Positions 47,541-61,227 of a stretch of DNA of 64,000 nucleotides are shown here, piece after piece. The notes under the pieces are model-generated. The model saw only the letters and a program-made list of their open reading frames with translations, had not been told where the DNA came from and did not search any database. The stretch covers positions 86,986,001 to 87,050,000 of the forward strand of contig NC_083231.1 in NCBI RefSeq assembly GCF_032191835.1, written 5' to 3'. Origin of the DNA: Heteronotia binoei. Lineage: Eukaryota. The number at the start of each line of letters is the position of its first letter. Positions within the stretch are counted from its first letter, which is position 1. Made by a program: the position numbers and the translations under genes.

Positions 47541-47751
47541 ATGACGATGAGCCGGGCGCTGCTCCAGTTTCTCATGACCTGCGGCTTGCTAGGGACGCAG
47601 CCCAGCCGTTGCCAGGAGCCCCAAACCCCGGACTGGAGGATGACGCTGAAGACCATCCGGAACGGCGTTCACAAGATAGACACTTACCTCAACGCGGCGC
47701 TGGATCTGCTGGGAGGAGAGGATGGGCTCTGTCAATATAAATGCAGCGATG
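47541..47751 (+). CDS. PLA2G12A: Group XIIA secretory phospholipase A2, exon 1 (alternative ATG at 47547)
   Basis: Signal peptide then QEPQTPDWRMTLKTIRNGVHKIDTYLNAALDLLGGEDGLCQYKCSD; G|GTAATA phase 1. Confidence 0.95.
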
Positions 47752-48380
47752 GTAATACGGATGTGTTATCGTAAAGGGGGGGGCGGCGGTGGTGAACGGG
47801 GAGGTGTGCTCATGCCGTGATTCTGTGGAAAGTTGGACCTCTTCATACAGTCTCAGTTTTTTAAAAAACAAAAAATGGCTGTGGGTGTAAATGTGAATTA
47901 TGTGGCTTCAGAATGGTTCACTGAATCAGGTTAGGATGACCATAACCTTCAGGTAATGCAGTTCTTTGCTAAATTAGGTCCTGCTGGACCTTAACAAATG
48001 TATGCTCTTGAACATTTTCTATAGCCTTCAGTTTGTGACGCCAGGAAACAATAGAGTTTTCTTCAGAAAGCAGATTTATTATGATTTGCATTGTCGATCT
48101 TTGGTTCCTTGCTGCGTGGATTGGCCTGCATAGCTATTGTTTTAGCTGTTACCTTTTTAATCATAACACAAAAGTTCTCCTTGTTCTTAAACTGCATTAA
48201 GTGTTATCTGATGCGAAGTAATCAGTAATCGCACCAAGGATTTTGTTACGGAAAGACAAGAGTGATTACGAACACATTGTGTGACTTGGAACCAGTTTTG
48301 TTGAGACGTGGATTACAATATTTGGAAATCAGTTTGAAAGACGATCCATTCTTCCTTCATCAGGCATCAGGGGATTAGGA

Positions 48381-48676
48381 TAGGGGTGGCCAAACTTGCT
48401 TAACGTAAGAGCCACATAAAATAAATGTCAGATGTTTGAGAGCCGCAAGACACCAACGTCAGATGTTTGAGAGCAGGAAGAAAGGAAAATAGATTGAGAG
48501 GGAGAGGTGGAAAGTGAACAACTTTAACTTTAACTGCATTCTCCAAGCTGCCAGCTGGCTTGGCTTGGTGGAGTGATTTAAAGAGAGAAATGACACAGTA
48601 GCGGGGACTTCGAGAGCCACACAATATGTGTGAAAGAGCCACATATGGCTCCCAAGCCACAGTTTGGCCATCTCTG
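48381..48676. mobile_element. hAT MITE (CAGGGGTGGCCAAAC family)
   Basis: TAGGGGTGGCCAAAC...GTTTGGCCATCTCTG; flanks GATTAGGA / GGCTAGGA. Confidence 0.8.
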
Positions 48677-49272
48677 GGCTAGGAGGATAACCCACTGATT
48701 GGAGCGAAACTCTTAACACTTTGTACTAAGTTTAGTTCTCTAAATTCCACAGGGGGTCAGAATCTTTTTCTGCTCAAAGAGCTGTTGGGGAGCATTTTTT
48801 TTAATAATATAAATTTTATTAAAGGTATCAGCAAAGATACAAAATCACTTCTATATGATAAAAACAAAACAAGCAGTGCTTATTAATAACATAAAAACCA
48901 AGTACTGCACATACTTACAGCACTTTTAACTGTAACCTAGTTAATGTGTCTAATACCAAAGTGTATTCTTCTTTTAACGAAAGATATCCCATAAAAGAAA
49001 ACCGTTGAAATTTTGATTCATATGTATCTTTGTCTCTCTGCAGTAAAGATTCTGTAATTTTATCTTAAAAACATATTTTTAAAAGGGGGAACATCTTTTA
49101 CATGTTCATGTGCATTATTTCAGTAATGTTTGTGATAACCCCACAATGTAGGCCAGTATTATTACTGATATTGTCAGCTCCACCCATTTCAGGGACAGAA
49201 AGGAGGTGTTTGCCTGATTCTGGGAATGGATCCTCCTATGCACACTTTGGAATGAGTAGTACCAATTTCTGA

Positions 49273-49495
49273 ATGCCCTGACTTGGATGGCCCAAGTTAG
49301 CGTGGTCTCGTCAGCTCTCGGAAATTAAGCAGGGTCAGCTTTTGTTAGTATTTGGATAGGAGACCCCCCCTCCCCCCCCCAGGGAATATCAAGTCCTCAC
49401 AGAGGCAGGCAATGACCAGACACCTCTGAACGTCTCTTGCCTTGAAAACCTTACAGGGTTGCCATAAACTGATTGTGGCTTGACTGTTTCTGCCA
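49273..49495 (+). mobile_element. 5S rRNA-derived SINE (SINE3)
   Basis: TCTCGTCAGCTCTCGGAAATTAAGCAGGGTCAG...TTAGTATTTGGATAGGAGACC matches the 5S internal promoter region; RTE-like tail GGGTTGCCATAA. Confidence 0.7.
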
Positions 49496-50999
49496 TCACC
49501 AATTTCTGAATGAGCAAGCAGATGATCCACACTAACTTAGAAAACAAGAGTCTTTTGCATCATGTGAAAGGTTAGGGAATAAACTACCCAATATTCTTGA
49601 GCTTGCAACAGGTGAATTCTGCCTTTTGAGAGCTGGGTTTTTTACTTAACCAACTGAGAGAATTATGTGTAAAGAATGTGTGTGTAGTTTTTTCCAATTG
49701 TATTAAAATATTTCGTCTGGAGAGAGGACTGGCAGTTAAGACAAAGCCCATTCAGTGTGGTTTTCCTTTTTATCCTTTCTATGCAGCTAATTCATCAATA
49801 TTTTTGGAAATTCTAGACTTCACTGATGTTGACTCTATCTACTGGAGCTATTCTTTAGTTTGTGCTCTTCTTACAGCCTTGAGAGAAAGCTAAAATGAAA
49901 TATAAAGGGTTTTGCCCTTTTGAACAGCAGTGATATAGCTCTTTGTAGGAATCCACAGTAAAATAGTTCATTTCAGTACTGATTGACAGGCCACTTCAAA
50001 TCAGAATTAAGATTCTGCAGTTTCTCTTTGCTAAGAAGAAAACAGTGATAATGATGATCCCTTAAGCTCGTCTACTGTACAAGACAATGCTGCCTTTTTA
50101 CAGATGATTTACACAGTTTATATCCAGTTCACTCAGTTAAATATAAGCTTTTGTATTAGAAAACAAAACAGGTCTTTTGTGGTGCCTTCATAATTTAACA
50201 AGTTTTTATTCTAGCATAAACCAAGCATTTAAATTCCAGAAATGATGCCCTTGGCTGTTCTTCCAACCATTCTAGTAAGCCCATGCAGATGAGTTAATAT
50301 TATTAGGTACTAAGAGTTAAAACAAATGCATATTTGCACTAGGTAGTTCTGAAGAACTCCTGATTAGGAATGGGCATAAACCGAAACATGAAGCATAATT
50401 TGTCACAAATGTTGCCCTCTTTGTGATTCACAAACCAAAGTTTGTGATGGGTCTATTGTCACAAACTACCATTAATGTTTAAAGCAGTTTGTGGTGGTTC
50501 ATGGATAGAGCAGAAAGCAGGGGTTAAAGGGACTCTGAGTGAATACACAAGAAAGTCCAAAGCAGCTGAGTAGCAGGGAGCAGGCTGCTTCCTGTCACTC
50601 AGCTGTTTTTTGGGCTTTTTGCAAACCCTGTTTGCAGTCCCTTCTAGCAGGATTTGAAGGGCCACAAACCAGTTTGCATTTTTCCGGTGCATGCCCACCC
50701 CTACTCCTGATAATGTTGGTGAGATTATTCCTTAATCCACCATCTGTTAGCATGTGCAAAATTTGTACACCTGTGTTTCTGCTGGGTTACTCTGTTGAAT
50801 AATTCTGCTGAAGTCCCTGAATCTAGTCATGTCCATAGTTACCTATTTAGCACAGTGAAACTTAATTCTGAGCGATGTCTCACTTGTATTGCATAAAAGT
50901 TTATATACATCTGTACCACATGTAATTGTGAACTTTTTAGAAAGATATCTAATAAGGCCTGGGGGAGGTTTAGAAACTAAAGTGCTTCATATTTTACAG

Positions 51000-51076
51000 G
51001 ATATAAGCCTTTCCCCCGATATGGCTATAAACCTTCACCACCCAACGGATGTGGTTCTCCCCTCTTTGGTGTTCAT
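51000..51076 (+). CDS. PLA2G12A: PLA2G12A exon 2
   Basis: (G)YKPFPRYGYKPSPPNGCGSPLFGVH|GTAAGT; 77 nt. Confidence 0.96.
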
Positions 51077-51762
51077 GTAAGTATCCCCTTCTTTACACAT
51101 ACACTGATATTTATATAATATCAATGTATGTGTTGAAGGGTGTTGAATTTTAAATACATTTGGGTTAACTTGATAAACTGCCTTATTCATATTTGCAGCA
51201 GTGAATTTTTACATTATCTGGAAGAAAGTCACTGCATGTCCAGACAGTAAGCTCATTTTTTTGAGGGGGAAGGGGGGTATATTTTATTTATTTTAATATT
51301 ATTCTGTTGGCATAAGCACTCTGAACATGATGAAAAACACTCATGAGACAGCTTAGAAAGAATAATTTTCTATTTATAAGCTTCTCAGAATTGAAGTTAG
51401 AACTCTTGGGTTCCTGATAGTCATCTTCACATCCTCACTACTATATACCTGAAAGTCATACGCGTTAAAGCCATACAGTTAGAGAAATAAAGCCAGTAAT
51501 CATACATATGATCACATTGTTTTGGCAGTGAGGGAGAAAAAAAGATATGGAGGAAGCTGTAGGGAAAGAAGCAAGTTAGTGAGAACCTCCCAGATCAGTC
51601 CTGTAAAATGGGACTGAAGAGCTGAATTTCCTATCTTGCAGAAGTTTCAAACTCACCAGATTTTGTGGGGAAGACAGGAATAGCCTTCTTGGCTTGCTTC
51701 TGAAAGCTGTGGCTAGGCATGTGAATATACCTGCCAGCTTGAAAAATCCTCATAATCTAGAG

Positions 51763-52241
51763 CAAGGGTGTCAAACATGCAGCCCAGGGGCCAACTCAGG
51801 CCCCTGGAGGGCTCCTATCATGCCCCCAAGCAACTGGCTGTCTTCTGCTTCCCTCTCCCTCTCTCTTGCTTCCTTCTGCATTACTGCTTGCTTTGCCAAG
51901 CTTGCTGAATCATACAGGAGCTACAGAGCAAAGCCTCTATTTTCTCCATTGGCTGACGCTCCCCCCATAGGGAGGAAGCGGGGGGGGGAGGGAGAGCTTG
52001 CTTTGCCAGGGTCTCTCAATCATACAGCAGAGCTACAGAGCCAAGACTCTCTTCCTTCTTTGGCTGAGGCTCAACAAGCCAGTGAGGTGGATTAGGCTGA
52101 GTGTGCGTATCTGTCTGTGTCTTTTATAAAGTTTATATCTTCCCTATCTGGCATTACATTTTATGGCACACATGGTCCAGCTCAACAAGGTCACATTTAT
52201 GCCAAGTCTCGCCCTCATAACAAATGAGTTCGACACTTCTG
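51763..52241. mobile_element. hAT MITE (CAGGGGTGTCAAAC family)
   Basis: CAAGGGTGTCAAAC...GTTCGACACTTCTG; perfect TSD ATCTAGAG. Confidence 0.85.
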
Positions 52242-52814
52242 ATCTAGAGCACTATCCTGTGTTTGTTATCCCCTCCCCCCCAAATTCTGCCATCCTAAGC
52301 ACTCCACACATTCCATCCTTGGCTGCAGATTGCAAAATGGTCTACTTTTTGGCCCATTTCTTTCTAGCTAGAATGAAAAGGGACTCTACAGTAGTAGTCA
52401 TTGGTAGACTGCCTTGCCCTAGTAAGGGTATTTTTTGTAACCCTGAAGAACAATAATTGATGTATAGTGTGGCAAGAATGGCAGTTTGTGCTGGGGACCC
52501 AAAGGGCCTGATGAATGAACCTTACATACATTATAACAATAATGCTAACAATAGCTCTGTAAGTTGGGACAGTTATCCTCACATTGTGGATGTAAGTAGG
52601 GATGAGCGCAAATTGCATTTTTGTAGTTCAGTTCATGGCCAAACCACAGATCAATACAAACCAGGAAGTTGGTTTGTGAACTGAACTGGTGTGTATCAGT
52701 TTGTGACCCCAGCTTCCTGCTCCCCACTGCTTTTCACAGGGAGCAGAAAGCATGGTTAGAGCCATGTAAATCCCTGCTTTCTGCTCTTCACAAACTGCCT
52801 ACCACCTGATCCTT

Positions 52815-52886
52815 ATAGCTGGAGGTGCTGGGGATTAAACCTGGGACCTTCTGCATGGCAAGTGGATGCTGTGCCACTGAGCCATG
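52815..52886 (-). mobile_element. Squam2-like SINE head fragment
   Basis: Reverse complement gives ATGGCTCAGTGGCACAGCATCC...AGAAGGTCCCAGGTTTAATCCCAGCACCTCCAG. Confidence 0.55.
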
Positions 52887-53361
52887 ACACCTGTCTTATT
52901 AGCCTAGTAGCCTGTCCTTATTTGCAGTGATCTCTGACGCCTTCAAGTGAAACTAGTTCTTCCCACTCCTTCCACATCCTGTAAGGATGATTCTTTCTTG
53001 GCCCATATAATGAAAACCTGCTGCATGATACCAAGGCGAACTGGAGTGAATGGGACCTTATTTGCTTTCATAATAGCTTTGGGAAGGCTGCTGTACAGTT
53101 GGGTTCCATTGGTGGTTAGAAAGAAGACCCTTTCAGATGACATAGCTGTTTAGTTTCCTATTCAAGTTCTTGCTCCCAGTCTGTTTAATAGTTCAGAGAT
53201 GTCTTTGCAGAGCATAAGACGATTCCATTTTGGATTCTCTTTAGGAAATACTTCAGTATATTCCTTCCCCTGTGTGCTGGTAGTCATTTGATTTTTCGAA
53301 CTGGAAGAATGGTGGGTTGGGTCTCCCAGGGGTTGCTAACTTTGTTCCCTTTGCTTTTTAG

Positions 53362-53527
53362 TTTGACATTGGCATTCCTTCGATGACAAAATGCTGCAAT
53401 CAACATGACAGATGCTATGACACCTGTGGTAACCACAAAAATGATTGTGATGAGCAATTTCAGTATTGCCTCTCTAAGATTTGCCGAGATGTACAAAAGA
53501 CATTAGGAATACCTGAGAGTGTACAAG
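53362..53527 (+). CDS. PLA2G12A: PLA2G12A exon 3 (catalytic His-Asp dyad)
   Basis: FDIGIPSMTKCCNQHDRCYDTCGNHKNDCDEQFQYCLSKICRDVQKTLG; 166 nt. Confidence 0.97.
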
Positions 53528-53917
53528 GTAAGCCAGATATTTGCAGAACATGAATAACTTGATGCGTGTGCCGGTTTTTGCTGAAAAAAATAATTGTAAG
53601 GCACAAATTAATGTGGCCTATAATTTTGCCTGGCCTCCTCATGTATCTATACACACAGCTAATAAAGAACAACTTGTCCCATGCAATAATGGATCATAGT
53701 CATTTTAAATTTATTTGTGTAAACAATTCTCAAGATTGAGTCTTTAACCACAATTAACTACACTTATTATCTTCTGTTTTGAGCATGTATTTTCCAACTC
53801 TTACTTTGACCAAACTCTGGAATTATGTGAAGATGTATTCTTTCCCCATTCAACCCTGTTTTCAAAATCTGTGTTGATTCTTGACATCTGTAAAAACTGA
53901 TAGCACAACTTGATTAA

Positions 53918-53994
53918 TAAGAACATAAGAGAAGCCATGTTAGATCAGGCCAATGGCCCATCCAGTCCAACATTCTGTGTCACACAGCGGCCAA

Positions 53995-54027
<33 letters not shown>

Positions 54028-54531
54028 TACACACTGTGGCTAATAGCCACTGATGGACCTCTGCTCCATATTTTTATCTAACCCCCTCTTGAAGGTGGCC
54101 ATGCTTGTGGCCGCCACCACCTCCTGTGGCAGTGAATTCCACATGTTAATCACCCTTTGGGTGAAGAAGTACTTCCTTTTATCCGTTTTAACCTGTCTGC
54201 TCAGCAATTTCATCGAATGCCCACGAGTTCTCGTATTGTGAGAAAGGGAGAAAAGTACTTCTTTCTCTACTTTCTCCATCCCATGCATTATCTTGTAAAC
54301 CTCTATCATGTCACCCCTCAGTCGACGTTTCTCCAAGCTAAAGAGCCCTAAGCGTTTCAACCTTTCTTCATAGGGAAGGTGTTCCAGCCCTTCAATCATT
54401 CTAGTTGCCCTTTTCTGAACTTTCTCCAATGCTATAATATCCTTTTTGAGGTGCGGCGACCAGAACTGCACACAGGACTCCAAATGAGACCGCACCATCG
54501 ATTTATACAGGGGCATTATGATACTGGCTGA
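53918..54531 (-). mobile_element. CR1 LINE 3' fragment (same family as the 27260 copy)
   Basis: MPLYKSMVRSHLESCVQFWSPHLKKDI...; 3'UTR with (GT)n(AT)n; tail CTTATGTTCTTA. Confidence 0.93.
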
Positions 54532-54861
54532 TAATGTGCAGCTGTAATGACAGCTATATTAACAGCATACAGCGGATGAATCTGAAATTTCAGATTGCAA
54601 ATACATTCATAAATTTACCCACTGTGAGCATTGCAAATACTGCTTGCTAGGTCGCTTGTCTATCAAATATAGGCTACACAAGCCAGAGGAAATTTATATT
54701 AAAACTTGATCTCGTATGTCTAGCTATATGCTTAGTCACAAATCAAGAGAGAAGCTTACGTAAAGGCTTTTTGTCCCTTCTCTAGTGACATCTGTACCTC
54801 ATTGTATTATTAACGTATGATTCACTTTCTCCTTCTCCATCTTCCCCACTCCTCTTTGCAG

Positions 54862-54980
54862 CATGTGAATCAACAGTTCAGCTGTTGTTTGATGCAGTCA
54901 TACATTTAGGATGCAAGCCATACCTTGACAGCCAAAGAGCAGCTTGTATGTGTCGATATGAAGACAAGAGGGATCTTTAA
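54862..54980 (+). CDS. PLA2G12A: PLA2G12A exon 4 (stop)
   Basis: ACESTVQLLFDAVIHLGCKPYLDSQRAACMCRYEDKRDL*; four exons sum to 573 nt = 190 aa + stop. Confidence 0.96.
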
Positions 54981-57900
54981 AGATGCTTGAAACCTGGTTC
55001 AAGATCAGCCTTCGTTGCTAGAGCCCTTTTTAGTTTTTTATGTTTTATTTTGATTTGTTACAATGCTGTTGGAAACATGTGAAACGATTGTCTTCCACGA
55101 TTGTTTTGTTTTTATATAGCACTTCTTATTTCCATCGCCACTTTTAGATAGATCCTTAATTTTTAAGGATCATTTGTGTATGTCTTTTAAGCCAATGCTA
55201 ATATTTTGTCACTTGGTTTTGGAGTGATGGTATGATTATGGATAAGCACTGCTCTAAACTACTTAAAAGATCTTAGTGGGGTGGAGGAGATGAAGACCCA
55301 TAAAATTGCATTGGAATAATATAGTAGGTCAAACTTTGGATTACCAGCACTGTGTCTCCTTAGTGCCTTGATTTTATTGGCAAGCAGGAATATCTCAAAT
55401 GTTTGTGGGTTCTGCTTGCAATCTTGTGTCTTATATTAGTGTGAGGGTGGGCCATTACTTTCAATAGATCTCTTTAGTTATGTTCATGCTATGTTTTTAA
55501 AAATACTCAGTTGGATGTTTTAAGTATTACCCCAATGCCATTGAGGGTATATGTATCCATTTATGAAGCAGACTATCCTCAGGTGCCTGTACAATTTTAA
55601 AACTTTGAAATATTTTTGAAATGTTCAGTAAATTATATGTTGGCTTTCTAGAATGTTTGTGCAATTTCTCAAGACAACAAAAAAGTTTTTTTAAAAAAAA
55701 TCAGTCAATTTAGTCAAACGTTTCAAACACAAATATATTCTGTGCAATACAGGCCTCTTAAGACTATTACAAAAATAGAATCTTACTGGCCAGAACAAAC
55801 ATACTGGTCCTTTTATTCTATGCAAGTTTCAAGTCTAAATACAATAATAATGAACATATTTTGTCATGGTTTGTTTCTTAGAGTGGGAATACTTTAAGAG
55901 TTGTACAAGGTCTTATGTTCACTTTATATTTAAATAATTTTGAACTGCACTTTCCCACTTAGCTTTGAATAGAAAATTATACATTTCATGTTCTTCTGTA
56001 TATTTTTTAAAAAATGCTATCCTCAGGAACAGTGGTCACAATCCAGCTCCAAGTTTGCAGTTGCATGCAGGGTTAAGTCTTGTACTGCATGCAGAATACT
56101 TCTGAGTAAACATGCAAATAAATCAGATTTTACATCCCACTGAAAGCCACCCCAGGCTGCCCCCCACCTGTGCTCCCTGTCCCCTGTGTGGGGAGGTGTC
56201 ATTAAATGGGGGGGAGGTGGGACTGCTTCTGCCACCTCCCGACTAGGTGAAGAAGCGGCAGAAGCAGCTGATCTGCCTCCCCCCTCCCATTTAAAGACCC
56301 CTACTGATTGGCAGGGTTATTTAAATGGTGGGGAGGTGGGTCCCAATGATGCCACCTCTTTGTCTGCCTGTTCCGAGGTGGGCAAAAGAGGCAGCGTGGC
56401 ATCTCTGCCTTGCTCCGAGGCTGCCTTTCCTCGCAGGGCAGGCAGCCTCAGAGTGAGGCCGCGCCAACTCTTCCGTCCACCCAGATCTTGGCCAGGCAGA
56501 AGGGGCGACGAGGCACCAGGTGGTGTGTGGGGAGGGGGCTCCTAGCGGCGTCCCGTAGGCCAGGCAGCCCCCCCCCCCCGGCAGCTGCCTACGTGGCCTA
56601 CTTCCACACACCGGCCATGGTTGCAACTTAACTTTTTAAAAATTGATTTCAGTGGGACTTAGTCATGACCTCACTTCAGCTGGATTTCAACCAAGAGGCT
56701 TTCGTTGATAGCCTTTGAGCTTCAGGTTCTCTCTCTTATGAAAGAAGATGCATTTTTAACACTGACCATAACTGTCCCTCAGGAATCTGAACACACAAAC
56801 ACTACAAGCTTTTGAAATGAAATTACTTGAAAAAAGGTCTATGATATGTTGATGAAGGATAAGGGAATTTTATAAGTGAAAATGTGTAAAATATAATTGT
56901 ATCTGGTTTTAGAAAAAAAATAAAGAGCCAAAGCTGAGCATGTCTTCTAATTTTTTTGTGACTAAAATATACCATTACAAAGATTTAACAGTTAAATCCT
57001 ATTAGCCTTATTTTACAGGCTCTCAGTCCAAATGCATTTCCTTGAACTCTGCTGATTACAGCGTGTGGAGGAAGAACAGCATTGAGAAATGAACTGATTT
57101 TGGGATATGGACACTGTCAGTGTGTAACAGAAAATTATGCATAATATAAGTAAAACGTGTTGGGACTGACCATGATTTTGTGTTATGCAAACAAATGTTG
57201 CTTTTGTAGGTTCTTCCCTCCCTTGTGTATGCTGTTCTTGCTGTATTTCTGGTTCTCAAAGTATCAGTTTTCTGTTGTATTTAAACCAGGCAAGCATTAT
57301 TTGCTTTCAAATCTGAACTGGATGCCAACTCACTATTTCAGATATATCTTTCTAATAACCCAGAGGACCAACTAGTGTGCACCACGCAGAAAATTTCTGT
57401 CCTTTTCCATCAGAGATTATACTCATACTTTCCAGCCTCTTTACGGTTTCCAGTAAGCCTTCAGAAGGGGCAATCATACATCTTTTCCTGTTTGTGCTCA
57501 AAGCCCTGGCTGTCGTCATCTCTCTCAGTTCTAGCCTTGATACACTTACCGTGTTCCTGGTTGATGAGGTGATGTATAGTGTGAGTACTCACTCAGTGTA
57601 TTGATGGTTGCAATGTAGCATAAAGGAGTACAAAAAGTTTATACTACATTGTTCTTCCCCTGTTCCCTTCTGTTGGACTTCTGGGGTTTTCATGTGCTAT
57701 CCAAAGTTCCGTCTAAGCTTCACTGTGTTGCGAGCAGAAATTCTACCTCATGAGCAAAAGCTAGTAGCATTAAAGTTGTGAGTGAGTCTACTTTTGACTA
57801 CTGTGTACATTAATTTTTTAGATTACTTCCATAACGATGTAAAAATCTCAGAATAAATTCTTCCAAATTATATTTAAACTATATTTTAATAATTTAAACA

Positions 57901-59362
57901 TAAGAGAAAGCAGAATCAAGTCAAATTTCACCCACCCCTTTCCAATATATTGGTAGACCTGGCCTTGGACTGTTGCCCTGTGCTGAGCCTTAGAAAACAT
58001 ACCAGTGGGGGTGGGGGGACTCTTGCAGTCTACTTTGGGTTTTTTAGTGAAATATGACAACCAGCAATACTGGTCATTGTGTAACAGGAGGAACAATCCC
58101 TGTCAGAAGCCTGCCTAACCTAACAAACAGTTGCTTAAATGTTATCAACCCACCCAAACTACTTATTTATTCAAATATTTATATTCTACTTTTTCCTGTG
58201 ACTCAAGGCAGCTTACAGAGCATATTGAAAAGCATAATAGGGGTGTGCAAAAAAAAATCTTTCCCCTCTGGCTTCATTGTAGTCTATGGGGACCATTATA
58301 GTCAATGAGCCCCATATGCAATAATGCAGAATTGATCTGAGGGGCTGTTTTTTGAGGTAGAGGCACCAAATTTGCAGCATAGCCACTGGTGCCTCCTCAA
58401 AAATCTTCCCAAGTTTCAAAAAGATTGGACCAGGGGCTCCAGTTCTATGGACCCCAGAACTAGGTGCCCCTCATCCTCCTTTGTTTCAGGTGGGCAGAAA
58501 AACATGCCTTGTGAGCTGAAGCAGAAATCCCTGAGCTGCCTGTTAAAACTTTGTGCACCAACACCTTCTAGTGCAGCTTAGAGGGAACCTTACCAAAAGT
58601 TTGGAATCATAACTCAGTGGCCAGAGGTAAATTTCTGAGGTGGCTAACTAACAACAGGGAAATGTATGCTGTCATCTTTAGAAATGTCCTGTGAAAACAA
58701 AACTCCCTGAGGCAAGTTGTGTAATTTAGACCAGACCTAAGAAGGTGGCTGCTGGAGAAAGCAATAGCACCAGCTTGTTCCATTTGCTTTATTGGTTCAG
58801 TTGTTCCACTCATAATATGGCACCAGCAGATTTATTTATTTATTTGGGATTTGTATCCCGCCCTTCCCACGAGTGGCTCAGATGCATGATTAAATAGGTT
58901 TGTGAGCATGAATTGCTTATATGAAGTAATTACTGCCGGGGAAACAGTTAAACATTGAATGATGTACTCCCTGAGCATTTTAAAAATAAGCTGTGGTAAA
59001 TGTGGATGCTCTGGCAGCCAATGTCAAGTTAAAATACTTGACTGGGCATGTAAAAATGAAGGGAATTTCCTCTTCTTGAACTGGCATGCCTCTTCCCCTG
59101 AATAGCAATATCAGAAGGATTATAATATTTCCAGGTGTGAGGAGGGGCATGTACTAAGTAGACAGAAAAACACAAAAATTTATTACACTTTATAAGGGAT
59201 ATGAATGGTTGCTGCAAGACCTGGTGTGTGTGTGGTCTTACCACACTAGTCATTGAAGTTTCTAGTATATGTTTTCCTTAGTTTAAAATATGGCTTGCCT
59301 TTTCAAGAGAGAATAGCTGGGAACCATCAGAATGGTCTAATTGTTAAGAGTGGGATTTCAGA

Positions 59363-59560
59363 GTCCTGATCTGGATAGCCCAGGCAAGCCCAATCTCATC
59401 AGACCTTGGAAGCTAAGCAGGGCTGATCCTGGCAAGTACTTGGATGGGAGACCTCCAAGGAATACTAGGGCCAGGATGCAAAGGCAGATAATACAGCCAC
59501 ATCTCTGAACATCCAAGCCCCACTAGGGGTCATCAGACATCAACCATGACTTCCAGGCAT
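59363..59560 (+). mobile_element. 5S rRNA-derived SINE (SINE3)
   Basis: GCCCAATCTCATCAGACCTTGGAAGCTAAGCAGGG...AGTACTTGGATGGGAGACC..GGAATAC; non-5S 5' end and tail. Confidence 0.72.
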
Positions 59561-59585
59561 GAATGCACACATACAATTTGTTAAA

Positions 59586-59745
59586 AAAATAGAATTTGGG
59601 AGATGTAGGATTTAATCCCCACTCTGCCAAGGAAGCTTGCTGGGTGACCATGGACCTAATTTATGAAGTAAATTTTTATGAGGATAAAATGGAAGAAGGA
59701 TAATGATGTAAGTTACTTTGAAACTCCAATGGGGAGAAAAGCAGG
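59586..59745 (+). mobile_element. Old Squam3-like SINE
   Basis: GGATTTAATCCCCACTCTGCC...GCTGGGTGACC...GGGGAGAAAAGCAGGGTATAA. Confidence 0.45.
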
Positions 59746-60965
59746 GTATAACAAAATAAATCAGCTGCAACAGAAACTTGCCTTTTCCAGCTGTGTACAG
59801 GTAGTAGGATTATAGCGAAGGTATGTAACTAAATCTGCTTCATAAAGTGTTCAATACTGAATACGAGGTTTCAGTATAACATGCAGTTTAATATAATAAA
59901 AACTGCCCCGACTCAAGGAAACAACCAGATAGAGTAGGGTCCCCAAGTTTCAGTAGAAAACAGTTTGAAAATTATTGCTTTAAATAAATACCAATACTCT
60001 GAGATTCCCCAAACCATTAATCTCTTATAAACTGCCTCTCAGGGCCTTATATTCAAAATTATGCTTTAGTATTCTGTATTTTAAGGGTTTTCTTTCAACC
60101 TGCCCTGGGCCTGAGTTTGTGGAAAATCCATAGTTGCTGTAATGATTTCCAAAGATTGTTATCAGTTTACCGCTAGTGGACATTTCAGTCAAAGCAGTAT
60201 GAAGTGTTTTTCCCTGCTGGCTCAGCTGCTCGGGCACAGAAACTGGGAAAACCAGACTTCTGTGGATATTACAGATCTCAGAAAGACAGCATCTACCTAC
60301 AAAGGCATTTTAGAAATCAGGTCTTAATTCATGTATTCAGCAAAAGAATCCAGCAATTCATACACATCACCACAGTGAAGGCAGAAACACTGTAAGTAGC
60401 AAATCTGAGTCATGCTTTGACCTGCCACCAAAAATTCCAAGCAATGTGACTCAAAGCTAGCAGTTTACATGCATTGCCCCTGCTCTGGGTCCAAAGTCCG
60501 GCAAGAGCAATTGCAGAGATGAAAACTGAAGGCAACAGAAAGAGTAATCTGCACTTTCTCTAAACATTTCATGAGGAGAGCATTAATTTAGATAAGTTAG
60601 AGGAAGTGTGGCTTTTAATCAGAAACAGAAAATTCCAGACACCACCTGCTACTGCTTTCTTACCCTCTTACTGCTCACAAGCTCTTCACAATGCAAGTAA
60701 ACAAAACATCACCATCCCAGCTAGTTCTACAACCATTCAAGACAAACAGATCAGTGATTTGACTCACAATGATCATGGCTGTTGAACATGGTTTGCTTGC
60801 CTACCCGGCATGTTTGTCTCAAAGTTTGTGGCACCCATAGCTGAGATTGTATGCATGGCATAGTAGTTATAAGATTACTGCAATTTGTAGTAATCTACAA
60901 ATTGTCATGAAGCTCAACAGCAACCCCCTAGCACAAGGTGGTGCTGGGGGTTTGTTGTTGAGCCT

Positions 60966-61015
60966 CATGACATTTATGTTGTGGGGTCCATGACATTTAT
61001 GTTGTGGGGTCCATG
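60966..61015. repeat. Perfect 23-bp tandem duplication
   Basis: CATGACATTTATGTTGTGGGGTC x2 plus CATG. Confidence 0.9.
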
Positions 61016-61227
61016 TCCTCCATGCTGTTTCACATCAACATGAAAATCACTGAGAGAGATCTGGGGATTTGGTGCCACCAATAGACAGATGACACCCAGC
61101 TGTTTCTCCTTAAGAGATAAGTCAGGTAGGTCTGTGGAAGTTTTGAACAGATACCTAGAGGTCTTGGGATTGGCCAATAAACTTAAAGTTCAGTCCAGAC
61201 AAGACTGAGATACTGCCGGTCAATTAC

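Larger units (their letters stand above)
46840..47820 (+). promoter_or_regulatory. PLA2G12A CpG-island promoter
   Basis: High CpG/GC content; GC box GAGGCGGGGCC near 47285; ETS CACTTCCGG near 47140; overlaps exon 1. Confidence 0.75.

Noticed and set aside
46989-47740. Long ORFs (236 aa plus, 178 aa minus) over the PLA2G12A promoter
   Set aside because: Stop-poor GC-rich CpG island; low-complexity Ala/Arg/Pro translations; the real CDS is in another frame.
48325-48370. Minus-strand CTGATGA-AGGAAGA...TCTTTC-AAAC resembling a hammerhead
   Set aside because: The GAAA core is incomplete and no stem I/III can be drawn; too degenerate to call.
59385-59470. 5S rRNA-like sequence (also at 49273, 33544)
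   Set aside because: Lacks the 5S 5' end and terminator, is diverged, and is fused to a repeat tail: a SINE3, not an rRNA gene.
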